Shown here one piece after another: positions 1 to 9,250 of a DNA stretch of 64,000 bases. Source of the DNA: Bacteroidota bacterium (GTDB lineage: Bacteria; Bacteroidota; Bacteroidia; NS11-12g; UBA955). Position 1 is the first letter of the stretch, and every line of letters starts with the position of its first letter. The notes below the pieces were generated by a model, which worked only from the letters and a program-made list of their open reading frames with translations, did no database searches and was not told the origin of the DNA. A program made the position numbers and the translations under genes. The stretch spans positions 266,017 to 330,016 of the forward strand of contig JAMLHC010000001.1 of NCBI GenBank assembly GCA_023957335.1. The letters are read 5' to 3'.

Positions 1-516
1 TGTTCCTTCTTGCTTTTTTAGTTCCCAAATTCTCCCTCTTAATATAGCATCAGGATTGTTAAAGTTCGAGAGTGTTTGTCCCAAATGTGTTTTTAATTCA
101 GGTAGCATATAGGCAGTTTCGCCTTTCCTTATAAAAGGAGACAGTTGTGAAATCTCTCGTTTATATGTGTTCTCGTTGCTAAATACGTGTCGCATGATTA
201 TTCCGCCACTTTTGATGTTGTATTCCTCCCACCCATGTTGTAACTTCGGCAACATCTCGCACATGGCTTTGTTCATGGATTTAAACAGTTTTTCATCACT
301 AAACTTCACAGGTGTTAGCCCCATTTCCTCATTTTTTGCTTGATTCATAAAGGGCATATTGTCCGTAAAAATCTGCTTCTTTTTCAAGTAATCCCGCTCA
401 AATGCCGGCTTGGTCTTGAAGTCATTTGGTGCAACTATTGTGCTGCCTGCAGGCGGCTCAAATTCTTGGGTCAGAAAACAGCGACAGTTATAGTCAAGAG
501 GCGGGGTGTACTTCAT
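1..516 (-). CDS. Partial ORF running off the window start; N-terminus carries a phage MuF/SPP1 gp7-like core motif. Possibly a truncated head-morphogenesis or polymorphic-toxin remnant.
   Basis: Minus-strand translation from about 567 downward reads TTAALNGFTFRVDDPNRMKYTPPLDYNCRCFLTQEFEPP... This resembles the conserved ..G..F..DDP....PP...NCRC core of the Phage_Mu_F / SPP1 gp7 family, recalled from memory. An in-frame TAA lies at 568-570 directly upstream, and the first Met (516) sits inside the motif, so the domain N-terminus is missing. The ORF then continues open for about 170 aa past coordinate 1 (..MNQAKNEEMGLTPVKFSDEKLF..GGIIMRHVFSNENTYKRE..ILRGRIWELKKQEGT). It is absent from the supplied ORF track because it is edge-truncated. 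Confidence 0.35.
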   Translation of the reverse strand, partial: MKYTPPLDYNCRCFLTQEFEPPAGSTIVAPNDFKTKPAFERDYLKKKQIFTDNMPFMNQAKNEEMGLTPVKFSDEKLFKSMNKAMCEMLPKLQHGWEEYNIKSGGIIMRHVFSNENTYKREISQLSPFIRKGETAYMLPELKTHLGQTLSNFNNPDAILRGRIWELKKQEGT

Positions 517-1132
517 CCTGTTGGGGTCATCCACACGAAATGTAAATCCATTCAGAGCCGCAGTTGTTTATGATGATGTCAAAGATACGAACCTAACTCC
601 GAGACAGTGGGTTTGGGTTAGAAGCAAATATTTCCAAAATTGGTTTGGTCGTTGTCTCAAATTAAGTGAACAAGAGCAAATAAAATCATTAAATTTACAA
701 ACTTTACAAAACATATATTATGGCTACAAAAACGGAAACAGAAAATCAGAAAGACTCTCCGAAAAAGAACAACAAGGACTTGTCGAAGGCAGACAATCAC
801 TCGTTGAAGCAAGCAAAATACTTGGAGCAGATAGAGGACTTCAAGCAGGACGGAGAGTGGCTTCGGAACGTCCAATCAAAGACATACAACAAGAAACCTT
901 AGAAGAATACGCGAAAAAAAAGACGTATGGAGAATCTGTTGCAATCGTAGAGCAGAATAGAGTTAGACCCTATAAAAATAGTCCTTTAACATTTGAAGAA
1001 GTTAAAAAGGATATACAAGATAAAGGGTATGAGGCTGTAAATCAAAGCAAATCACAACCGCTTGTTTTGTGGCATAGAGTTGTTTTATTGTGTTATGCTT
1101 GCAGTATAGTATTATTGTGCCAACAAAAATGA
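506..1132 (+). CDS. Hypothetical charged, low-complexity ORF of 208 aa. Coding status doubtful.
   Basis: From the ORF track. The protein is E/K/Q/R-rich with no recognisable domain. It sits on a purine-rich stretch where a second frame (720..902) is also open. Its first about 60 nt are antisense to the MuF-like fragment and its end overlaps the start of the POT transporter. No internal Met. Confidence 0.2.
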   Translation: MYFILLGSSTRNVNPFRAAVVYDDVKDTNLTPRQWVWVRSKYFQNWFGRCLKLSEQEQIKSLNLQTLQNIYYGYKNGNRKSERLSEKEQQGLVEGRQSLVEASKILGADRGLQAGRRVASERPIKDIQQETLEEYAKKKTYGESVAIVEQNRVRPYKNSPLTFEEVKKDIQDKGYEAVNQSKSQPLVLWHRVVLLCYACSIVLLCQQK

Positions 1133-2778
1133 ATACGGAAAACAAAAAAACTTTCTTTACAACCATTAAGTCTATGAACAAAAACTTCTGGGTTGCCAGC
1201 ATGATGGAACTTATGGAGCGCTGGGCTTGGTATGGAATTTTCACCCTCTTCGGATTGTATTTGGTTGGCTCTACGGACGAAGGAGCTTTGGGTTTAAACC
1301 ACATCGAAAAAGGAAAAATAATGGGCGACATTACAGCCATTCTCTACCTTTTACCGGTGTTTTTTGGGGTAATTGCAGACAGAATCGGTTATAAACTCTC
1401 TCTTACAATTGCCTATATCATTATGATTGCAGGGTATTATCTCATGGGAGAAGTCAACACATTTTGGATGATGTATATGGCATTCCTTTTTGTGGCATTA
1501 GGAGCCGCTTTTTTCAAACCCGTTGCTTCTGCCATCGTTGCAAGAAACACTGATGATTCTACAGGAACACTCGGTTTTGGCATTTTTTATATGATGGTAA
1601 ATGTAGGCGGTTTTGTGGGACCTGTCATGTCTTCAACACTTCGCACAGAATTCGGATGGAAAATCATTTTTCTGCAAGCGGCTTGTGTCATCACACTCAA
1701 CTTGCTCATCCTTCTTCTGTTCTATAAAGAAAAGAAAGAAGTGAACGAGAAACCTAAAGAATCATTGGGTGCTGCTCTTTTAGGCTCTCTATCCAATATC
1801 ATCAGCGCACTCAAAGATGTTCGTTTGAGTCTATTGTTGCTTTTGATGGTTTGTTTTTGGACAATGTTCAACCAACTGTTTTACACACTACCCAATTTTA
1901 TTGAAGATTGGGTAGATTCAAGGGTTTTGAGCGATTGGATTAATAATAACATTCCTTTTTTAGGCACTGCAATGACACAGAATGGTTTGATAAAAGCCGA
2001 ATGGTTCACACAGATAGATTCCTTTATGATTATCTGTTTGCAAGTGATTGTATCCTATTTTGTTACCAAAATGAAGCATATTAGTGCGGTCATTCGCGGT
2101 GCGGTTATTGCCACTATTGGCGTTGGTTTAACTTTTTACACAAACAATCCCTATTACACCATTATTGGCACAGCGATTTTTGCTATCGGAGAAATGATGT
2201 CCAGCCCTACTGTCTCATCGTTTATTGCGCTTATTACACCCAAAGGCAAAGAGGGTTTGTATCAAGGAACATACTTTTTGCCGGTTGCGTTGGGAAACTA
2301 CTTTTCGGGGCTTATTGCAGGTGATTTATATCAAGCATGGTCTGACAAACTCAGTTTACTCAAAAAAGAAATGTTACACCGCGGAATTGATATGCCCGAA
2401 GTTGTATCAAACAATGAGTTTATTGAAAAGGGCGCGCATGCACTTCAAATGTCTATTACTGATTTTGAAAATAAATTTCATCTCAAGGCGCAAGATGTGG
2501 ACTGGGCAACCTCTATTCAATCTTTTAAGAACTATGCAATAAACAAAGGCATTGACATCAGCTCAGTACATACTCCTTTCTCAAAAAACGATTATTTTGC
2601 TTTGGCAGAACAAAAACTCAATATGCAACATTGGGACATGGCTGAAATGTTATGGAACAATTATAATCCAAACAAAATTTGGTGGGTAGTCGTTGGAATT
2701 GGAATCTTTTCTGTGTTAACGCTAAGCTGGTATAACAAACGCATTATTAAACGCGCAGTAAAACAAGAATCCCTCTAA
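1129..2778 (+). CDS. Proton-dependent oligopeptide transporter (POT/PTR2 family di-/tripeptide permease, MFS)
   Basis: MELMERWAWYGIFTLFGLYL matches the PTR2 signature region and FGVIADRIGYKLSL is MFS/POT motif-like. Multiple TM segments, about 550 aa. Start moved to the internal ATG at 1129 (MNTENKK..), in frame with the track ORF at 1090. Confidence 0.88.
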   Translation: MNTENKKTFFTTIKSMNKNFWVASMMELMERWAWYGIFTLFGLYLVGSTDEGALGLNHIEKGKIMGDITAILYLLPVFFGVIADRIGYKLSLTIAYIIMIAGYYLMGEVNTFWMMYMAFLFVALGAAFFKPVASAIVARNTDDSTGTLGFGIFYMMVNVGGFVGPVMSSTLRTEFGWKIIFLQAACVITLNLLILLLFYKEKKEVNEKPKESLGAALLGSLSNIISALKDVRLSLLLLLMVCFWTMFNQLFYTLPNFIEDWVDSRVLSDWINNNIPFLGTAMTQNGLIKAEWFTQIDSFMIICLQVIVSYFVTKMKHISAVIRGAVIATIGVGLTFYTNNPYYTIIGTAIFAIGEMMSSPTVSSFIALITPKGKEGLYQGTYFLPVALGNYFSGLIAGDLYQAWSDKLSLLKKEMLHRGIDMPEVVSNNEFIEKGAHALQMSITDFENKFHLKAQDVDWATSIQSFKNYAINKGIDISSVHTPFSKNDYFALAEQKLNMQHWDMAEMLWNNYNPNKIWWVVVGIGIFSVLTLSWYNKRIIKRAVKQESL

Positions 2779-2822
2779 ACTAAAAATAATTTATTTCAAT
2801 CCATTTGTTCCAAAGCATAGCT

Positions 2823-2851
2823 TAATGCAAATGTGATTTTGCATTAATTTT
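2823..2851 (+). terminator. Hairpin with a 9-bp perfect stem (taatgcaaa / tttgcatta) followed by atttt. Possible terminator after the POT gene, or an operator in front of the DUF808 gene.
   Basis: Inverted repeat read directly from the sequence 45 nt after the stop at 2776-2778. The T-tract is short and interrupted. Confidence 0.4.
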
Positions 2852-2869
2852 GCAGTCCTAATAGAATTT

Positions 2870-3751
2870 ATGGCATCAGGGATATTTGCTCTTTTAGACG
2901 ATATTGGAGCATTAATGGATGATGTGGCAACATCCGCTAAAATAGCCACACAAAAAACTGCCGGAATCTTAGGAGATGATCTTGCGGTCAATGCAGAGAA
3001 ATCAACCGGATTTGTTTCATCAAGAGAGTTGCCGGTTCTTTGGGAGATTACAAAAGGCTCTTTTATAAATAAACTCATTATCATTCCGGTGGTTTTCTTG
3101 CTCAATATTTATCTACCCGTTGTTATTACAGTTGTCCTTATGGCGGGTGGTATATACCTCGCTTATGAGGGAGCGGAAAAAATCATTTCTTATCTCTTTC
3201 ATCGCAAATCAGACATAAATAGTACAACTACAAACAACATGAATGATGAGATTTCGGAAAAAAAGAAAATCTCCGATGCTATTAAAACTGATTTTATTCT
3301 GTCTATTGAAATTGTCATCATCGCACTCAGTACGGTGTTAGACAAAGAACTTTGGCTTCGAATTTCTACAGTTTCAATCATAGCAATCATTGCCACTATT
3401 GGGGTATATGGGATTGTAGCCCTGATTGTGCGATTAGACGACATAGGATATAGGTTCATAAAGAAATCAAAAGGTAAAGGATTTTTAAGAATCATTGGAA
3501 GGATATTAGTCAGCTCTTTGCCCATCATCATTAGAGCCATGTCTGTCATTGGTACTATTGCCTTGTTATTGGTAGCGGGAGGACTTTTTTTACACAACAT
3601 CCCACTCTTGCATCATTGGTTTGAAAATATACCCGAATTATTTACTTCTTTATTTTTGGGGCTAATTGCAGGAATATTAACATTCTTGGCACTTTGGTTA
3701 TTTAAGAAAATTATCCCAAACAAGACTAAACAAGCAGTTGCAAAATCTTAA
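2870..3751 (+). CDS. DUF808 (E. coli YedI-like) inner-membrane protein
   Basis: The N-terminus MASGIFALLDDIGALMDDVATSAKIATQKTAGILGDDLAVNAEKSTG..RELPVLWEITKGSFINKLIIIPVVFLL aligns closely with my recollection of YedI (..[40 protein letters not shown]..). Hydrophobic C-terminal half. Confidence 0.8.
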   Translation: MASGIFALLDDIGALMDDVATSAKIATQKTAGILGDDLAVNAEKSTGFVSSRELPVLWEITKGSFINKLIIIPVVFLLNIYLPVVITVVLMAGGIYLAYEGAEKIISYLFHRKSDINSTTTNNMNDEISEKKKISDAIKTDFILSIEIVIIALSTVLDKELWLRISTVSIIAIIATIGVYGIVALIVRLDDIGYRFIKKSKGKGFLRIIGRILVSSLPIIIRAMSVIGTIALLLVAGGLFLHNIPLLHHWFENIPELFTSLFLGLIAGILTFLALWLFKKIIPNKTKQAVAKS

Positions 3752-4001
3752 GGCTTTGTTAAAACTTAACTATACTAAGGGTGAATCAGATTAATTGTAT
3801 CCCAAAATCCAATATATATCCTCTCGGTAAATGAGAAGAAAAGCAGACGTTTTTCGCTCAAGATTCTCTATTGTAAATTCTAAAACTTGGCACAATAGTT
3901 ATTTTAGAATAGAAAAATCACTTCGTTGCACTATCACAATCAGCACATTACAAGACGCAAATAAAAATTAAAACAAAAATATCAACCTATTTAAAAGATT
4001 T

Positions 4002-4009
4002 TAGATTTG
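4002..4009 (+). promoter_or_regulatory. Bacteroidetes-type -7 promoter element (TAgaTTTG) upstream of gdhA
   Basis: Matches the TAnnTTTG consensus of Bacteroidetes sigma-A promoters, 27 nt upstream of the ATG at 4036. Confidence 0.3.
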
Positions 4010-4035
4010 CTGCCCTAAAACACAATAGAACACTT

Positions 4036-5391
4036 ATGGCAAGCACTAAATTGCAAAAAGAAGTGGATGCTTTTATGAAGAAAGTAGAAGCAAAAAACGG
4101 ACACGAAACAGAATTCATTCAGGCTGTACGTGAAGTGGCTGAAACTGTGATTCCGTACATCATTACACACCCAATTTATCAAACCAAAAACATTCTTGAA
4201 AGAATCGTAGAGCCGGAAAGAACCATAATTTTCAGAGTGCCATGGATGGACGACAAAGGAAACTATCAAGTAAACAGAGGATTTCGTATTGAATTTAACT
4301 CAGCCTTAGGTCCCTATAAAGGCGGATTAAGGTTTCATCCTTCAGTCAACCTTTCTATACTTAAATTCTTGGGTTTTGAACAAATTTTCAAAAACTCCCT
4401 CACTTCATTGCCTTTGGGTGGCGGTAAAGGCGGAGCTGATTTTGACCCTACGGGAAAATCGGATAACGAGATTATGCGTTTTTGCCAATCATTTATGACA
4501 GAACTTGCCCGCCATATCGGACCTAATATTGACGTACCTGCCGGGGACATCGGTGTTGGAGGACGTGAAATAGGTTATTTATTTGGTCAATATAAACGCA
4601 TTCGCAATGAGTTTTCCGGAGTTCTAACCGGCAAAGGTTTAAGCTATGGCGGCTCGCTCATTCGCCCTGAAGCAACGGGATACGGAATTGTATATTTTAC
4701 AGAAGAAATGCTCAAAACAATAGGTCAAAATATTAAAGGTAAATCTGTTGTGATTTCAGGTTTTGGAAATGTTGCGTGGGGTGTTGCACTGAAAGTGAAC
4801 GAATTGGGCGGAAAACCCATTGCCATCTCAGGTCCTGACGGCTATATTTATGATGCAGATGGAATATCGGGCAACAAGATTGAATTTATGTTAGAGATGA
4901 GAATGAGTGGTAGAAACAGTGTTGAGATGTACCTGAATAAATTTCCTAAAGCAAAATTTGTGAAAGGAAAACGCCCTTGGGAAGTCAAATGCGACATTGC
5001 CATCCCTTGTGCTACACAAAATGAATTAGACGCATATGATGCAGCTAATTTGATAAAAAACGGCTGTATTTGTGTTACCGAAGGTGCTAATATGCCTTGC
5101 ACTCCCGAAGCTGTTGAGCTGATTCAAAAAGCAAACATATTGTTTTCTCCCGGCAAAGCATCCAATGCCGGAGGAGTAGCAACATCCGGCTTAGAAATGA
5201 CCCAAAACTCAATGAGAATTTCATGGTCTGCTGAAGAGGTTGACCACAAATTACAAAATATCATGAAACTAATTCATGAATCCTGTGTGAAATATGGCAA
5301 AGATGGGAAGCATATCAACTATGTCAAAGGAGCCAATATAGCAGGGTTTGTGAAAGTAGCAGACGCCATGATTGAACAGGGTTTGGTTTAA
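4036..5391 (+). CDS. gdhA: NADP-specific glutamate dehydrogenase
   Basis: KGGLRFHPSVNLSILKFLGFEQIFKNSLTSLPLGGGKGGADFDP contains the Glu/Leu/Phe/Val dehydrogenase active-site region. The Rossmann motif GFGNVAWG is present. 451 aa. Confidence 0.93.
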   Translation: MASTKLQKEVDAFMKKVEAKNGHETEFIQAVREVAETVIPYIITHPIYQTKNILERIVEPERTIIFRVPWMDDKGNYQVNRGFRIEFNSALGPYKGGLRFHPSVNLSILKFLGFEQIFKNSLTSLPLGGGKGGADFDPTGKSDNEIMRFCQSFMTELARHIGPNIDVPAGDIGVGGREIGYLFGQYKRIRNEFSGVLTGKGLSYGGSLIRPEATGYGIVYFTEEMLKTIGQNIKGKSVVISGFGNVAWGVALKVNELGGKPIAISGPDGYIYDADGISGNKIEFMLEMRMSGRNSVEMYLNKFPKAKFVKGKRPWEVKCDIAIPCATQNELDAYDAANLIKNGCICVTEGANMPCTPEAVELIQKANILFSPGKASNAGGVATSGLEMTQNSMRISWSAEEVDHKLQNIMKLIHESCVKYGKDGKHINYVKGANIAGFVKVADAMIEQGLV

Positions 5392-5570
5392 TACAACCTT
5401 TGTGATTCTTCGTCCTCACTTAATACCAATCAATTAAAAGTAAGGTATTTAATTGAACAATAGTTTTACCATCCGACTGTTGATTAATATCGGATAAAAA
5501 GAGTGGCAACTGACTCAAAAGCCATTTGGAGATAACTATCTTTGTTAGCCCCTTTTACCCCTTTTCCGAT

Positions 5571-8500
5571 ATGCCTAAATTTTCTCATTTACACGTACAC
5601 ACTCAATACTCTTTGCTTGATGGTGCCGCCAAAATTAAAGATCTTTATAAAAAAGCGATGGCTGACAATATGCCGGCTATTGCCATCACTGACCACGGCA
5701 ATATGTTTGGAGTGTTTGAATTTGTGGCAGAAGCATGGAAACACAAAGACGCAAACGGCAAACCCATTGTAAAGCCTATCATAGGCTGCGAATTTTATTT
5801 AGTAGAGGACAGACATAGAAAAACTTTTACCAAAGAAGATAGAGACCAACGTTGTCATCAACTCATGTTGGCGAAGAACGAAATCGGATACCGTAATCTG
5901 ACCAAACTCTGCTCTTTGGGATATATTGAAGGTTATTACAGCAAATATCCTCGAATTGATAAAGAATTAGTAGAAAAGTATCACGAAGGTTTGATTGCTA
6001 CAAGTTGTTGTTTGGCTGCCGAAATCCCCCGCACTATTCTTAGAAAGGGAGAAGAAGAAGCCGAAAAAGTATTGAAATGGTGGTTGAATCTATTTGGCGA
6101 AGATTTTTATATAGAACTGCAAAGACATAACATCCCCGACCAGATTAAGGTTAATGAAGTATTATTAAAATTTGCCACTAAATACAATCTCAAAGTCATA
6201 GCTTCCAATGATAGTCATTACACCGAACGCGAAGACGCCAGCGCACATGACATCCTGCTGTGCATCAACACGGGTTCCAAAGTAAACGACCCTAAAGCCA
6301 GCGATTTTGCCGAAGACGGAGTGAGCAAATCCGGTCGTTTTGCCTTTGCAAACGATGAGTTTTATTTCAAGAAACAGGACGAAATGAACGCTCTGTTTCA
6401 AGATATACCCCAAGCGATTGATTACACCAACGAAATAGTAGATAAGGTAGAAGCACTAAATCTCCACAAAGACATTCTTCTGCCTGACTTCCCGATTCCA
6501 ACAGAGTACAACATCCATACTAATGAGGAAACACACAACCAAAAAGCGATTAGCGCAAGTGCACTCAATCAGTGGGAATACCTCAAACACCTGACTTATG
6601 AAGGCGCGCAAAAACGCTATGGCTCCTTGGAAGACAAGGTCAAAGAACGCATAGATTTTGAATTACACACCATTAAGACCATGGGATTCGCAGGCTACTT
6701 TCTCATTGTATCGGACTTCATTGTGTGGGGCAAAAATAACGGGGTTTATATAGGACCCGGCAGAGGTTCGGCAGCCGGTAGTGCGGTTGCATACTGCATT
6801 GGAATTACCAATATTGACCCCATTAAATACGAACTGCTTTTTGAGCGTTTCTTAAATCCTGAGCGAGCCAGCATGCCCGATATTGATACTGACTTTGATG
6901 ATGAAGGCAGGGAGCGTGTGCTACAATATGTATCTGAAAAATACGGTAAAAACCAAGTTGCCAATATCATAACCTATGGCACAATGGCTGCCAAAACCAG
7001 CATACGCGACACCGCAAGGGTTATGGATTTGGACTTAAAAGAATCTGACTATTTAGCAAAACTCATCCCCGACAGACCGGTAGGCTTGAAATTTGATGAC
7101 CTTTATGAAAGACCGCTCACAGGCGCAAACAACCCCGAAAGCCTTGAAGCCAAAGGAGTCAGCATAGAGGATATACAAAAAATCAAAGAACTCCGCGAAA
7201 TCATATCCGGTGACCCTGACGAACTCAAGACCAAAGTATTAACAGAAGCCCGAAAATTAGAAGGAACCGCACGAAACACAGGCGTGCACGCTGCGGGTGT
7301 AATCATTGCACCCACAGACATCTCTGATATCATTCCGGTTGCAGTAGCCAAAGATTCAGACTTGTATGTTACGCAATATGAAGGAACGGTGATTGAATCC
7401 GCAGGCGTAATCAAAATGGACTTTCTGGGTTTGAAAACCTTGTCAATCCTCCGCGACACCATCAAATTAATTCAGAATAAAAAGAACATAACCATTGACT
7501 TGGACACCATCCCGCTGGATGACAAAAAGACTTTTGAGCTTTACAAAAAAGGACACACCATTGGAACTTTTCAGTTTGAAAGTCCGCAGATGCAGAAATA
7601 TCTCCGCGAACTCAAGCCCGACAGGCTGGAAGACCTGATTGCGATGAATGCCTTATACAGACCCGGACCAATGCAATATATCAGTTCTTTTATTGCCCGA
7701 AAACGCGGCAAAGAAGCCATTGAATACGACCTGCCTGAAATGGAAGAATATCTTGCCGAAACTTATGGTATTACTGTATATCAGGAGCAGGTTATGTTGT
7801 TAAGCCAAAAGTTAGCTAATTTTAGCAAAGGGGAAGCTGACACCTTGCGTAAAGCAATGGGTAAGAAGCAGATTGCCATCATTGACAAGATGGAGGAAAA
7901 ATTTATTGCAGGGACTGCCCAAAACAATCACCCTGCTGAAGCATGTAAAAAAATCTGGAACGACTGGAAAAAATTTGCCGAGTATGCATTCAACAAATCA
8001 CACTCAACTTGCTATGCTATTGTGGCTTATCAAACTGCCTATCTCAAAGCGCATTATCCGGCAGAATATATGGCAACTGTACTGTCTCACAACCTTAATG
8101 ATTTGTCCAAACTATCTTTTTTTATGGATGAATGTAAGTCTATGGGCATTGATGTATTGGGACCTAACATAAACGAAAGTGATGTTAAGTTTTCTGTAAA
8201 CAAGCAAGGAGCTATCCGTTTCGGGCTGAGTGGTTTGAGCGGTGTAGGCGAAGGTGCTTCTGAAGCTATTGTAGAGGAAAGAGAAACTAATGGTGTTTAT
8301 GAAGATGCTTTTGATTTAGTAAAAAGGGTCAAATCCAAACAGTTAAATAAAAGAGTATTGGACAGTTTGGCACGCTCCGGAGCTTTTGATTTTGATAAAA
8401 AATATCACAGAACTCAGTATTTTGCTGAGAAACCCGGGGAACCAACGGGAATAGAGCTACTGCTTAAATATGGTACGGCAGCACAAGAGGCAGAACTATC

Positions 8501-9248
8501 TTCTCAGATTTCTTTGTTTGGAGGTGGCGATACTCAGCACTCTGCATTAGGCAAACCCAAGCTGCCCGAGGCGGAACCACTTCCACAATTTACTTTACTC
8601 GAGGAAGAACGCAGAATTGCCGGTCTATTCTTGTCAAGCCACCCACTGGATTTGTACCAAGTCGAAATCACTGCAACCAAAGCCACGCCACTCTCAGCGC
8701 TCAAAGAAATAGATAAGATTCAAAATAAAAAACTCCTACTGGCTTTTTATGTTTTGAGTGTTAAACAAGCAATGGGCAAAAACAATAAACCTTTTATGGT
8801 TGTGGAGATTGAAGACAAATCAGACTCTCATTCTCTGCGTTTTTACGACAATGATTTTGTCAATTTTGGCAAACACTTTTCACCGCAGACCGCAGTTTAT
8901 ATGGTAATGGAGTTTAGCAAGAACAGTTATACAAAAGACGGAGTTGACAAGAGTTATATCAAAACTAAATATTATGAGTTTGGCATGTTGCAAGACCTTG
9001 CCAATAGAAAAATCAATGGGCTTGAGATCATTTTTGGTATTCAATCAACAGAACGAGAAAAGTTAGACGAATTTATGACCTTGATTAAGGAGAATAAAGG
9101 CAAGTACCCTCTAAATATCACTTTTGTAGCAAACGGATATCTATTACCAACTCGCTCAGAAAAGTACAAAGTGGATTTAAACCTAAAATTTCTGAAAGCG
9201 CTGGAAGATATGGATGCAGAAGTGCGTATAAACTCACAAACACTGTAA
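5571..9248 (+). CDS. dnaE: DNA polymerase III alpha subunit
   Basis: N-terminal PHP domain MPKFSHLHVHTQYSLLDGAAKIKDL, polymerase core FDDEGRERVLQYVSEKYG..NQVANIITYGTMAAK, and an OB-fold tail. Start set at ATG 5571, in frame with the track ORF at 5526. Length is then about 1225 aa. Confidence 0.95.
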   Translation: MPKFSHLHVHTQYSLLDGAAKIKDLYKKAMADNMPAIAITDHGNMFGVFEFVAEAWKHKDANGKPIVKPIIGCEFYLVEDRHRKTFTKEDRDQRCHQLMLAKNEIGYRNLTKLCSLGYIEGYYSKYPRIDKELVEKYHEGLIATSCCLAAEIPRTILRKGEEEAEKVLKWWLNLFGEDFYIELQRHNIPDQIKVNEVLLKFATKYNLKVIASNDSHYTEREDASAHDILLCINTGSKVNDPKASDFAEDGVSKSGRFAFANDEFYFKKQDEMNALFQDIPQAIDYTNEIVDKVEALNLHKDILLPDFPIPTEYNIHTNEETHNQKAISASALNQWEYLKHLTYEGAQKRYGSLEDKVKERIDFELHTIKTMGFAGYFLIVSDFIVWGKNNGVYIGPGRGSAAGSAVAYCIGITNIDPIKYELLFERFLNPERASMPDIDTDFDDEGRERVLQYVSEKYGKNQVANIITYGTMAAKTSIRDTARVMDLDLKESDYLAKLIPDRPVGLKFDDLYERPLTGANNPESLEAKGVSIEDIQKIKELREIISGDPDELKTKVLTEARKLEGTARNTGVHAAGVIIAPTDISDIIPVAVAKDSDLYVTQYEGTVIESAGVIKMDFLGLKTLSILRDTIKLIQNKKNITIDLDTIPLDDKKTFELYKKGHTIGTFQFESPQMQKYLRELKPDRLEDLIAMNALYRPGPMQYISSFIARKRGKEAIEYDLPEMEEYLAETYGITVYQEQVMLLSQKLANFSKGEADTLRKAMGKKQIAIIDKMEEKFIAGTAQNNHPAEACKKIWNDWKKFAEYAFNKSHSTCYAIVAYQTAYLKAHYPAEYMATVLSHNLNDLSKLSFFMDECKSMGIDVLGPNINESDVKFSVNKQGAIRFGLSGLSGVGEGASEAIVEERETNGVYEDAFDLVKRVKSKQLNKRVLDSLARSGAFDFDKKYHRTQYFAEKPGEPTGIELLLKYGTAAQEAELSSQISLFGGGDTQHSALGKPKLPEAEPLPQFTLLEEERRIAGLFLSSHPLDLYQVEITATKATPLSALKEIDKIQNKKLLLAFYVLSVKQAMGKNNKPFMVVEIEDKSDSHSLRFYDNDFVNFGKHFSPQTAVYMVMEFSKNSYTKDGVDKSYIKTKYYEFGMLQDLANRKINGLEIIFGIQSTEREKLDEFMTLIKENKGKYPLNITFVANGYLLPTRSEKYKVDLNLKFLKALEDMDAEVRINSQTL

Positions 9249-9250
9249 GT

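Noticed and set aside
1002-1340. 112-aa minus-strand ORF overlapping the start of the POT transporter.
   Set aside because: It is antisense to a confidently assigned transporter, and its translation is hydrophobic and low-complexity with no motifs.
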